Shown in pieces: positions 37,785 to 48,228 of a stretch of DNA of 48,228 bases. The stretch comes from Welwitschia mirabilis (lineage: Eukaryota). The notes under the pieces were generated by a model. It was not told the DNA's origin and searched no databases. It saw only the letters and a program-made list of their open reading frames with translations. The position numbers and the translations under genes were made by a program. The DNA is taken from positions 47,994,801-48,043,028 of the forward strand of contig JBOZIK010000001.1 of assembly GCA_051453625.1 (NCBI GenBank), read 5' to 3'. Each line of letters opens with the position of its first letter. The first letter of the stretch is position 1.

Positions 37785-39178
37785 TATTAGATTACATTTT
37801 GTCAATTGATGTCAAACTAATGTTTTCTATATAGCAAATTTTGTGTATCTTGTGCAGAAGATGTTAATCACTTACAAGTTTAATGATGAAATCAAAGCTA
37901 TTAAATTCTAATCACTAGAAACCTGTCAAGTTTACTTACCCTCTTGAGGGGTCGATCAGACTTTCAAGGGGTCGACCGCACCTATAGTAGACACTCAAAA
38001 TTGAACTAAATTCAGAGGGATCAACTAGATTTTTGATGAGATCGACTAGACCTATGATGGGGTCAACCAGATCTGTGAAGCTTAGAACAGTACTCCTAAA
38101 CTGATTGTTAAGGGTTCGACTGGATCTTTGAAGGGGTCAACTGGACCTGAGCACTGTGTAGTTAATACCCTTGAGCCGAATGTCATGGGGTTGATCAGAC
38201 ATCTGAAGGGATCGACTGGACCTGATGCAAGAAATTGAAATGATCTTTAATAAGGACTAGCGAGTGACTAAATATAATGACGGGCAACTAGATTGGAGTT
38301 GACCGAACCCTAAGGGGTCAATCGGACATGGAGCCATAAGAAACTTGAGCAACCAAAAATTTCACTTAGGCAACCTGTGTAAGTCATGACACCAGATGGA
38401 GTCGAGCGGACTTTGGAGGGGTTGATCGGCTAGAATGAAACTAAAATTTTTTATTTATTTTGTATCCATTAGATAGCCATTTTTTAGTCATTTATAATCA
38501 TTAGAAGCGTGTTTTCAAATGAAATAAACCTTAAAAGCCTTCCAATATAAATAGTCAAGAGAGAGATGACTAAAGAATCTTTTTGACTCATGAAATAGTA
38601 TTAAAGTCTTATGATATTCACTATTAAATCTTGGCATTTATACTTCTAACTAAGGAAGATCTATCATCTATATCAAGAATGAGTGATATTTATGCATCTT
38701 AACATTATTGCATCACTATTTTACATTGTGAAAGTTTGAGACTTATCCTACAAAAGTCCGTTAAAAGGTTAAGAGTAAGCCTGAAAAAGTTCGTTTAAAG
38801 GTTAAGACTAAGCCTGATAAAGTTTGTTCAAAGATTGATACTAAGCTTGAAAAAGTATGTTTGTAAAGGTTACAAGTGAACCTAAAATACTTAAAGGAGT
38901 AATGAAGATATGGATCAAGCTTGGTGATAAGCTAATCATCGAGAGTAGAGTAAGAGGTTTCTCGAACCACTATAAATCCTACATGCATCTATTTGGTATT
39001 TTGTGCTTTCAGTTAGTTTCATTTTTTTAAATACTTTTAGCTTTTCTTTATATGCATAAATTCAATTAGTAAATTATCTTGAGCAAGCTTTTAATACATC
39101 ATTGGTTTATTTACTTCATTTGATCTTAATTTTTAAAAGAACCTATTCATCCCTCCTCTAGGGTTCTCGATCCTATCA
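37785..39178 (+). repeat. 5' LTR (~1.39 kb) of Sirevirus-like element
   Basis: Matches 43704-44621; TATA-like 'aatataaatag' at ~38544; 3' motif CCTATTCATCCCTCCTCTAGG; ends TCA before the PBS. Confidence 0.88.
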
Positions 39179-39242
39179 ATTGGTGTCAGAGCTAAGTTAA
39201 ACCTTCTTCAAATTTTAACCAATCTAGAATTTATAACCTTAC

Positions 39243-41602
39243 AATGAATAATCCATCTAATGATTTTCTACTAGTCATCCATCCATGTTTGACAGGCTAA
39301 ACTATGCTTATTAAAAAGCTAGAATGAGAATTTTTCTTAGATCTTTAGATCCCAATATAGAAGAAGTTACATATAAGGATTATTCTATGCCTATGTCATC
39401 AAAAACGGATGTTAACAGTGATACCATCTTAGTTCCCAGAACTCGAGATTAATGGACTACCATTGACAAAATCAAAGCTACCACAAATGCACATGCTCTT
39501 AATGTAATATTTTGTATAGCCTATGCAGATGAGTTTAAATGTATAGTGAATTGTGATCATGCTAAAAAAGCTTAAGATATTATTGAGGTAGCACATAAAG
39601 GAACTTCAACTGTAAAGTAAGCAAAACTTCAAATGCTTATTTATAAATTTAAAGACATCCATATGGATGAGGAGAAGACTTTGCAAAAGTTCTTTGTGAG
39701 ACTCACTAATATTGTAAACTCTATGGAAAGCCTTAGAGAATGATTGAATAAAGGAAAGGTGGTTAAAAAGGTATTGAGATATCTACCAAAGAGATTTAAA
39801 CCAAAGGTCATAGCTATCATAAAGAGCAAGAATATAAATATAATGGCACTAAAAGAGCTATAATGTAATCTACAAATTTATGAACATAAATTTGTTAAAG
39901 ATAAGAAGAAAGGTATTGCCTTAAAATGTGTGTAGGAAGAATACAGGTCGAAAAGATCAGACGAGGACTTGGATGATGATGAAGTAACTCTCCTAGTCAG
40001 GAGATTCAGAAAGTTTTTAGATAAAAATAAAAAGAAAGGTGAGTCAAGTAAAAACTCAAAAATAAGTCATATAAAATACAAAAATGAGCAAGAAAAAGAT
40101 AAAAAAATCTAATGCTACTCATACAAAGGACTTGGTCATATGGCACATGAGTGCCCTAACACAAGAAGAGACAACAAGAAAACAAGGAATCCCTCTTTTA
40201 CTACAATACGGGACCATGAGGATGATCANNNNNNNNNNNNNNNNNNNNNNNNNNNNNNNNNNNNNNNNNNNNNNNNNNNNNNNNNNNNNNNNNNNNNNNN
40301 NNNNNNNNNNNNNNNNNNNNNNNNNNNNNNNNNNNNNNNNNNNNNNNNNNNNNNNNNNNNNNNNNNNNNNNNNNNNNNNNNNNNNNNNNNNNNNNNNNNN
40401 NNNNNNNNNNNNNNNNNNNNNNNNNNNNNNNNNNNNNNNNNNNNNNNNNNNNNNNNNNNNNNNNNNNNNNNNNNNNNNNNNNNNNNNNNNNNNNNNNNNN
40501 NNNNNNNNAAGGACTTGGTCATATGGCACATGAGTGCCCTAACACAAGAAGAGATAACAAGAAAACAAGGAATCCCTCTTTTACTACAATACGGGACAAT
40601 GAGGATGACAATGATGACAGTTGTTTAGGTTAAGAATCAGATAGAGGCATAAGATTATCTTTTATGGTGATTGTGCCTTCTCTCAAAAACTTACCTAGTA
40701 CATCAAAGCCTAATGACTTGAACATAGTCAATGAAAAAGAGAATGAACTAGAGAATACATGTCAGGAGCTATATAAAGAATGTGAAAAGCTAGCTAAAAG
40801 AATAAATGATCTAAACAAAGAAGTGAAGACTCTCACAAAAGAGAAGGAGAAAATGGAAATAAAGTACAATGTACTAAAATCTAACAACAACAATCTATTA
40901 TCACAGGTAAAATATCTATCTTTCTTTGTAAATAAATTTTCTGATGGTTCTTCTAAGTTAGAATAGATGCTTGGAGTACAAAAACCTACTAGAGATAAAT
41001 CAAGTATTGGTTTTATTTCACAAAATCCACAATAATAAGTAAACAGGTAATGTAAGTATACTTCTAGAGTTTTATGTAATTTTTGTGGTAAAACTGGACA
41101 TTTAAAGTTATTTTTCAATATTATAAAGTTAATGATTTTCTTGGATTATGCAAATTCTTTACCATTTAAATTCATTCCTAAAAGAAGTGTACCACATAAG
41201 TCTAACAAGACTAAGTGAGTAAGAGCTAACAGTCTCAAAAGTCTTATAACATAAATAGCTCTCAAAGGATAAAGTACAAATATGATAGAAGAAAGATCAA
41301 ATTTTCAACACCTGAGAAGTATTGATAAGGGAGATGTCATTTTTTAAAACAATAAAAAGATAAAGATATAAGGTAGAGGATGCATCAAAGAACGTAAGTT
41401 ATCTAAACTTAATTATGTGCTATATGTGAGTGGTTTGAAGTATAACTTATTGAGTATCACTCAATTGTATGATAAAGGTCACAAAATAATATTCGAAAAA
41501 TCAAAATGTAAAATTGTAAATGTAAAAATGGATTTTATTATTCTTGTCATAAATGAAGTAGATAATATTTATAAAATAGATACTTATTTAATGATTAGTT
41601 AA
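39243..41602 (+). pseudogene. Copia gag-protease remnant
   Basis: FDRLNYAY*KARMRIFLRSLD; VKKVLRYLPKRFKPKV; knuckles CYSYKGLGHMAHEC (~40113) and CNFCGKTGH (~41075); protease VLYVSGLKYNLLSITQL (41417). No integrase or RT motifs follow. Confidence 0.88.
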
Positions 41603-42101
41603 ATTATATGAATGACGATATTGAAAATAGAAATGTTAGCTTAAATTTTAGTAAAACTAAATGTTTTTTAGAAAATTCTAAAGTAACACCCCATTTCTGG
41701 AACTTTCTTATCAATTACAAACATGAACTAGGGGTTAACTCATTGTCCTCTGGCTAATTATAGGGTAGTTGACTGGATGTGGTCAGTCAACTAGCCTAAA
41801 AGCCTAGTCACTTGGACCTCTTCCTATGCCATAGACTTGCATCTTGACAGGTCAACTGAAAATATGATCGATCGACCGGACCTGATAAATTACAATGTAG
41901 AAGTATCATCAGTGGACCCGATTTCATTCTTCAAGTTACCCTATTTTACCTTGTTTATAAAATAAAGAGGCCCCTAAATCATTTTTATTATGTTCTAGCC
42001 CTCTCTATCTCTTAGATCTAAAGCTTATCCTTCTAGATCCAGAGCTTTACTTATAGATCTAGTGTTATTCTCTCATTTTTCTTACCTCTAGGCTCTTAGA
42101 A

Positions 42102-43150
42102 ATGGCTGAAAGCTTATCAAGAAAGAGAGTTAAGGAAGCTTCATTAATAGATACTGCCATTTTCTACCAAGGGATGTCTGAGGAAGACATTGAAAAGTTT
42201 TTAGAAAAGTTTAAAAAGAAGCCTGTTTGTCAAGAATGGTCTGTGACAACCTTAGAGCTTAGAGAGCTTAGGGAAGTTATCCAGCTCCTGAGAAATTAGG
42301 ATCTTAACTATTTTCTAGATGTTTCTGGATCTGCTTATCCATTTCTTACTCACATGTTCTATTGCAATGCAACTTTTGATCATGATTTAGGAACCCTTGA
42401 AATCCTTATTTTGGGAAATCAGCTAAGGGTTACTACAAATCTAATCTCTAATCTGACTGATCTTCCCAGAGTTAACTATGAAGAGTTTTGGCCTCTTTGA
42501 GATACCATGGAAGCTAAGCCTGTAGTGACAAAGAAGATCTATAATAAGACTCACTCCTAGAAACACGTCATTTCCACTTCTTTATTAACACCTAAATACC
42601 ACTTTATTCATTTGATTTTCACTTATAATTTTCTGCCATTAGCTGGTCATCGTGATGAGGCCTCATCTATAGAGCATATTTAATGTATCCGGTAGGGACA
42701 GAACATTCTATTGATGCTTCTGCCATCATACTGAAGAATATTATCTCTCAATTGGAGTATTACAGGACTAGGTCCTTATCCTACTTTGTGCTTATCACAA
42801 ATTTGTACCATCATTTTTGTGTACCCTTTCATCTGAAACTTGAAATCCTTCAACTTATGGCATCCATTGGGTATGCAACTCTATCTCGTATGCACATCTT
42901 TTCCCCTTCCAAGAAGTCCTCAAAGTCACCCTCTTTAAAGAAATCCTCTTTTGATGAAACTCTTTCATATCTAAGGCGGATTGATTCTCATACCAGACAT
43001 ATAAAGAAAGCACTCATAAAAACAGGGTATGACATTGCTAATACTTCAACAGAGGCCATGAGCTCAAAGTACATAGAAGAAGATGATGAAGAAGAAGATT
43101 CAGAAGAAGATTCTGAATAGGAATAAAAAGAGGAAGAGGAATCTGATTAG
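42102..43150 (+). pseudogene. env-like/putative plant transposon protein ORF (PF20167-like), nearly intact
   Basis: Reads through 2 TAGs and 1 frameshift (~42680) to the TAG at 43120, with a further decayed acidic tail to 43150: ..AYPFLTHMFYCNA..LRVTTNLISNLTDLP..NFLPLAGHRDE..IDASAIILKNI..LSYFVLIT.. Confidence 0.78.
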
Positions 43151-43703
43151 AACCTTGATTATGTTTTGCTTATGAGTTTTTGTTCTCTCTTTTGTTATTG
43201 ATGTCAAAAGAGGGAGAATTAATTGTTTATTATTGTTTGTTACTTATGCTTTTAAATGTAGTATACTCTTGATAAGCACTTTTATTTTATAATGCTTACA
43301 TATATTTAATGGAATCAACATGCACTTAGTTCTATGTTTTCAATTGGTATCTAAAATCCTTTTGTGAAAATCATATGAGCTTAACATTTTCCCAATGATG
43401 AATATTAAAGTTTTGAATGATTATCCCATAAATTCAAATGTTGATATCCCATATTGGAAATGAACTCTAAAAAGTGTCAATGATCAATATGTTAAATGGT
43501 TTATGTGATTACATTATGCTTTTTATAAAATTTGTGTTCTCAACTCTCTAAGTGTGCATCCTAAAATTGGTTTTATTATTAGCATAAAATTTGACTATTA
43601 ATGTCTTATAAAAAATGATAGGCATTTTGTAAGGGGGAGTTTCCTAAGTCCTAAATATTTTTACAACCAAGTATTATTTGCCATCAATGTTAAAGAGGAA
43701 GAT

Positions 43704-44621
43704 TATTAGATTATATTTTGTCAATTGATGTCAAACTAATGTTTTCTNNNNNNNNNNNNNNNNNNATCTTGTGCAGAAGATGTTAATCTCTTGCAAGTTT
43801 AATGATGAATCCAAAACTGTCAAGCTCTAATCACTAAAAACCTGTAAAGTTTACTTACCTTCTTAAGAGGTCAACTGAACTTTCAAGGGATCGACCGCAC
43901 CTAAAACAAAAACTCAAAATTGAGCTGAATTCAAAAGGGTTGACTAGATTTCTGATGGGGGTGACCAGATCTATAATGGGATTGTGAACCTGAGAATAGT
44001 AATCTTGAACTAATTATTAAGGGTTTAACCAGATCTTTAAAGGGGTCAACCGGACCTGAGCACTATGTAGCTAATACCCCTGAGCTAATTGTTATGGGGT
44101 TAACCGAACACCTGAAAGGGTCGATCGAACATGATGCAGAAAATTAGAATAATCTTTTATTAGGACTAGCAAGCGACAGAATATAATGGTGAGTGATCAG
44201 ATTGGAGTCGACTAGACCCTGAGGGATTGACTAGACATGGAGCCTTAAGAAACTAGAATGACCGAAAATTTTACTCAGGCGACCTGTGTAAGTCACAGCA
44301 CCAGATGAGGTCGACTAGACTTTTGAGGGGTCAACTGGCTGAAACAAAATTAAAATTTTCTATCCATTTTGTCTTCATTATGCATCCGTTAGATAGCCAN
44401 NNNNNNNNNNNNNNNNNNNNNNNNNNNNNNNNNNNNNNNNNNNNNNNNNNNNNNNNNNNNNNNNNNNNNNNNNNNNNNNNNNNNNNNNNNNNNNNNNNNG
44501 GGGTCAACTGGCTGAAACAAAATTAAAATTTTCTATCCATTTTGTATTCATTATGCATCCGTTAGATAGCCATTTTTTAGTTGTTTATAGCTATTGAAAG
44601 CACATTTTTAAATGAAATAAA
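43704..44621 (+). repeat. 3' LTR of Sirevirus-like element, truncated
   Basis: Colinear with 37785-38528, then switches to gypsy integrase at 'aaatgaaataaa|ttcttcatcc'. Confidence 0.82.
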
Positions 44622-46147
44622 TTCTTCATCCTTTGGAAAAAGATATATTTTAGTCTATGTTGATTACTTTACTAAATGGGCTGAGGCTGAGGCTGTGACT
44701 AATTATTCTTCCCAAAATGTAGTTAACTTTTTTCTTAGAAATATTATCTATTATTTTAGAGCCCTGCACAGTCTTATATCTGATAGAGGAATCCATTTCA
44801 CTAGTNNNNNNNNNNNNNNNNNNNNNNNNNNNNNNNNNNNNNNNNNNNNNNNNNNNNNNNNNNNNNNNNNNNNNNNNNNNNNNNNNNNNNNNNNNNNNNN
44901 NNNNNAAATATTATAATAATGGATTCAGATAATAAAAATTTTGATGTATGAAAATACATTTTATTGGGCCTATAAATTCTTCATCCTTTGGAAAAAAATA
45001 TTTTGGTTTGTGTTAATTACTTTACTAAATAGGCTGAGGTTGAGGATATGACTAATTGTTCTCCCCAAACCATAATTAAATTTTTTCTTAGAAATATTAT
45101 ATATCAGTTTGAAACCCCTTATAGTCTTATATTTGATAGAGAGATCCATTTCGCTAGTGAAGTCCTTGAGAACTTTTAACTAAGTTTGAGGTTAATCTCA
45201 AACTCTCTACTACCTAATACTCTTACTCCAATAGCTAAGCTAAAGTGACTAATAGAGAACTAAATAAAATATTAAAAAAATTTATAAATAGCAATAGAAC
45301 CGATTAGGCTGACAAATTAAATGAAGCTCTTTAAGCATATAGAATAATATGGAAACATACCATAAGATTTACTTCATATGAATTATTCTATGGAAAAAGT
45401 GCTATATTGCTAATTGAATTTAGAACAAAAACATTTAAGCTAGTTAAGGAATTAAAATGTAACTTAGATACAGCTCTAAAAGAATAGATAGTAACATGAA
45501 CATTTTAGATAAAAATAGAAAAGAGGCTCTTTTGTGAAAAGAGCTTATACAATAAAAAACTAAGATATATCATGATAATAAAATCAAGAAATAAATTTTA
45601 ATATTGGAAATTCTATATTAATTTATGACCATAAGAAAGTCCATTTAACATAAAAATATGAATAAAATTGACTAAGACCCTAAACCATAACAAAAATTCT
45701 AGGAAATGGAGCTATAGAAATATATAATTCTAATGAAAAAGTAACCTACCAAGTTAATGGATAAAGATCAAGAATATATTATACTCATAAATCGATGCTA
45801 AATTATTTAGAAAACCCTAATAGGATGGAAAGAATACTTCCACTCTACCTATAAAATAAATTCCAAAGTTAGGTAATAAAGGATGTATCATTTTTTAAAA
45901 GTTTATTCCAATTACCAATTTATTACATTATTTAAAGTAAATTTTATGTTTATAAAGTAAGAAGTTAACTCGATAAGTCTTTAATAGGGAATTATACATT
46001 ATCTTTATTAAGAAAATTAAGGAAATACATTCCATCATAGAATAAAATACCTTTTAAATAATATTAAAAAAAGAGAACTTTGACAGTGTAATATGATAGT
46101 TATAAAAATTTCACCAAGGGATCAATTTGCCATGATATATAGATATG

Positions 46148-46184
<37 letters not shown>

Positions 46185-46881
46185 CTTCTTTGATAATGGT
46201 TGCACTCTCCTCATTGTGGTTAACTTAAGTTTAAATAAAACAAAAAAAGTTGAGGAATAACTGTACTTCAAGATTCATCTGAGACACAGCTAGTTACTAA
46301 AACTCTAACTCTATTACAACTTATTTATAAAAAAAGAAAAATCAAGGGAGAGAAAAAATAGAATAAAAATATTCTAGTATGTAATGAAATGTGTATTTAA
46401 ATATTTTTAATTTAATATTACTCACAATCATTAAATTTTGTTAAAGCTAAAGGAAATCTTCGTAGTTTTATAATCATGTTTCATTATATTAAAANNNNNN
46501 NNNNNNNNNNNNNNNNNNNNNNNNNNNNNNNNNNNNNNNNNNNNNNNNNNNNNNNNNNNNNNNNNNNNNNNNNNNNNNNNNNNNNNNNNNNNNNATCATG
46601 ATAATAAAATTAAAAAAACAAATTTTAATGTAAGAGATTCTATATTAATTTAAGGCCCTAAGAAAATTCATTCAAAACAAAAATATGATCCAAACTAGCT
46701 ACGACCTTATACCATAACAAAGATTCTAGGAAATGGAGCTATGAAAATATATAATGCTGATGAAAAAGTAACTTACCAAATTAACAGGCAAAGAGTAAAA
46801 ATACACTATAATCATAAATTGGTACTAAATTATTTAAGAAACCTTGATAGGATGGAAAGAATACTTTCATTCTACCTATAA
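44618..46881 (+). pseudogene. Gypsy integrase remnants in overlapping duplicated segments (44618-44805, 44930-45854, 46595-46881)
   Basis: YILVYVDYFTKWAEAEA..LISDRGIHF; NRELNKIL..FTSYELFYGK; ends MERILPLYL* (45854) and MERILSFYL* (46881). Confidence 0.85.
46152..46182. repeat. (TA)n microsatellite
   Basis: Perfect TA run. Confidence 0.95.
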
Positions 46882-47100
46882 AATAAATTTCAAAATTAGA
46901 TAATAAAGGACATGTCATTTCTTTAAAGTTTATTCAGTCCACTAATTTACTAGATTGTTTAAAGTAAATGTTATGATTATAAAGCAAGAAGTTGACTTAG
47001 TAAGTTTTCAACAAGGAATTGTGCATTATCTTTATTAATAGGATTGAGGAAACACATTTCATCATAGAATCAAATACCTTCTGAATAATTTAAAAAATAA

Positions 47101-47179
47101 AAGAGGGAGGGGGAAGGAGGAACAGAGGGAGGGAAAGAGAGGGAGGGAGAGGGAGGGAGGGACAGAGAGGAAGGGAGAG

Positions 47180-47240
<61 letters not shown>
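47101..47240. repeat. Polypurine tract ending in (GA)n microsatellite (47182-47240)
   Basis: Directly visible. Confidence 0.95.
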
Positions 47241-47243
<3 letters not shown>

Positions 47244-48228
47244 CTACAGTGTTCTACTGCAAGTGCACTAGAGTAAATATTCCCAAGAGGGACCTTTGAT
47301 AGTGTAATATGATAGCTATGAAAATTCCACTGAGGGGTTAGTTGGCCATAATCTAGATATATATAGAAAAAAAAAATCCTATGGGTCATTACTCCTTTGA
47401 TAGTGGTTACACATTTCTTATCGTGGTTAACTTAAGTTGTGAAAAATAAAAAGTTGAGAAAAATTTATGTTGTAGGAGTCATCTGAAACAAAGTTAGCTA
47501 CTAAAACTCTAACTCTATTACAACTTATTAAAAATGAAGAAAAAAGGATTAAGAGAGAAAAGAAACCAGAAGANNNNNNNNNNATTCAATAGCATGCATA
47601 ATCATTAAATTCTATTTGAACTAAGGGAAAGCTTTAAAGTTTTACAATTATTTTGCATTATCTTAACAATTTAATAAATTGTCTAGTTTGAATTTCCTTT
47701 AATGAAATTGATGTGCCCATGATAACATAAAATAGTATAAGAAACTTCATCTGAAATAAAAATAAAAAATTTTATTAAGTAAAATAGTTTATTACATCTA
47801 GTTGCAGAATAATAGTAAAAACACTTCTTAAATTACTAATCAAGTAAATTTCAAACTCAATTAACTCAATTATTANNNNNNNNNNNNNNNNNNNNNNNNN
47901 NNNNNNNNNNNNNNNNNNNNNNNNNNNNNNNNNNNNNNNNNNNNNNNNNNNNNNNNNNNNNNNNNNNNNNNNNNNTCAAACTCAATTAACTCAATTATTA
48001 TAACAATCAGAAAATTTATTCCTCCTGTGAGAATAACTAGTCTTAGATGTTGACCCTATAGAATTCTTACCTAGAAGCAATAGATGCATCTCACCTAGAG
48101 ATTTTAATAGTATATTAATCTCCTCTAGGTGGGATTGCCAAAAGTTTTGATAAGGCTTAGCATTCCATATTGTCTTCTATATATTTTTTTTTTTTGTCAA
48201 AACTTAATGCAGCAAGACTAAGAATAGG

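Larger units (their letters stand above)
37785..44621 (+). mobile_element. Sirevirus-like Ty1/copia element with internally deleted pol and env-like ORF
   Basis: LTRs 37785-39178 and 43704-~44621 both start TATTAGATTA..TTTTGTCAATTGATGTCAAAC; PBS TGGTGTCAGAGC 39181-39192; PPT AAAGAGGAAGA 43692-43702 plus upstream PPT copies (~43206, ~43632). Confidence 0.88.
33896..48228 (+). mobile_element. Athila/Tat-like Ty3/gypsy element (same family as 10991-18692), interrupted by a Sirevirus-like element
   Basis: 5' LTR 33896-34813 (TAATG...CATCA), Asn PBS, gag-protease to ~37780, integrase from ~44618, and a post-integrase spacer like 11675-12700. Confidence 0.75.

Noticed and set aside
37945-38435. 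CRISPR-like interpretation of the spaced palindromic repeats
   Set aside because: The repeats are short, degenerate, irregularly grouped and inside a plant LTR duplicated at 43866-44340; no cas genes.
40127-40610. Near-identical ~100-bp direct repeat flanking the N-gap (also 44327-44399 vs 44500-44572 and 47851-47876 vs 47976-48000)
   Set aside because: Each pair abuts a gap and differs by only a few bases, which is typical of unmerged overlapping or allelic contig ends rather than biology.
47090-47389. 99-aa LSLSLS ORF
   Set aside because: Translation of the (GA)n microsatellite.

Overview
AT-rich, gappy (N-runs) eukaryotic DNA, almost certainly a large land-plant genome. It is mostly nested, heavily C>T/G>A-decayed retrotransposons. 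The one host gene is a minus-strand gene whose first two coding exons (5682-5555, 5471-5401) splice in frame into a chloroplast transit peptide ending in 'SAMDAPYGG' (CPP1/CDF1/DUF3353-like). Its second intron runs off the left edge. The mobile elements are two divergent copies of an L1-type LINE (5'-truncated ~1177-5120; near full-length ~18940-24768), two copies of an Athila/Tat-like Ty3/gypsy family (tRNA-Asn PBS, extra 3' ORF), two Sirevirus-like Ty1/copia elements with 'env-like' ORFs, a gag-only copia element and several LTR fragments. Top finding: both LINE copies carry an extra ~1.25 kb coding region between ORF2 and the 3'UTR/poly-A. It encodes a putative plant-transposon-protein-like domain, a disordered linker and a C-terminal DnaJ J-domain. 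Synonymous differences between the copies suggest it was under protein-level selection. All domain calls come from manual motif recognition; no database search was run.
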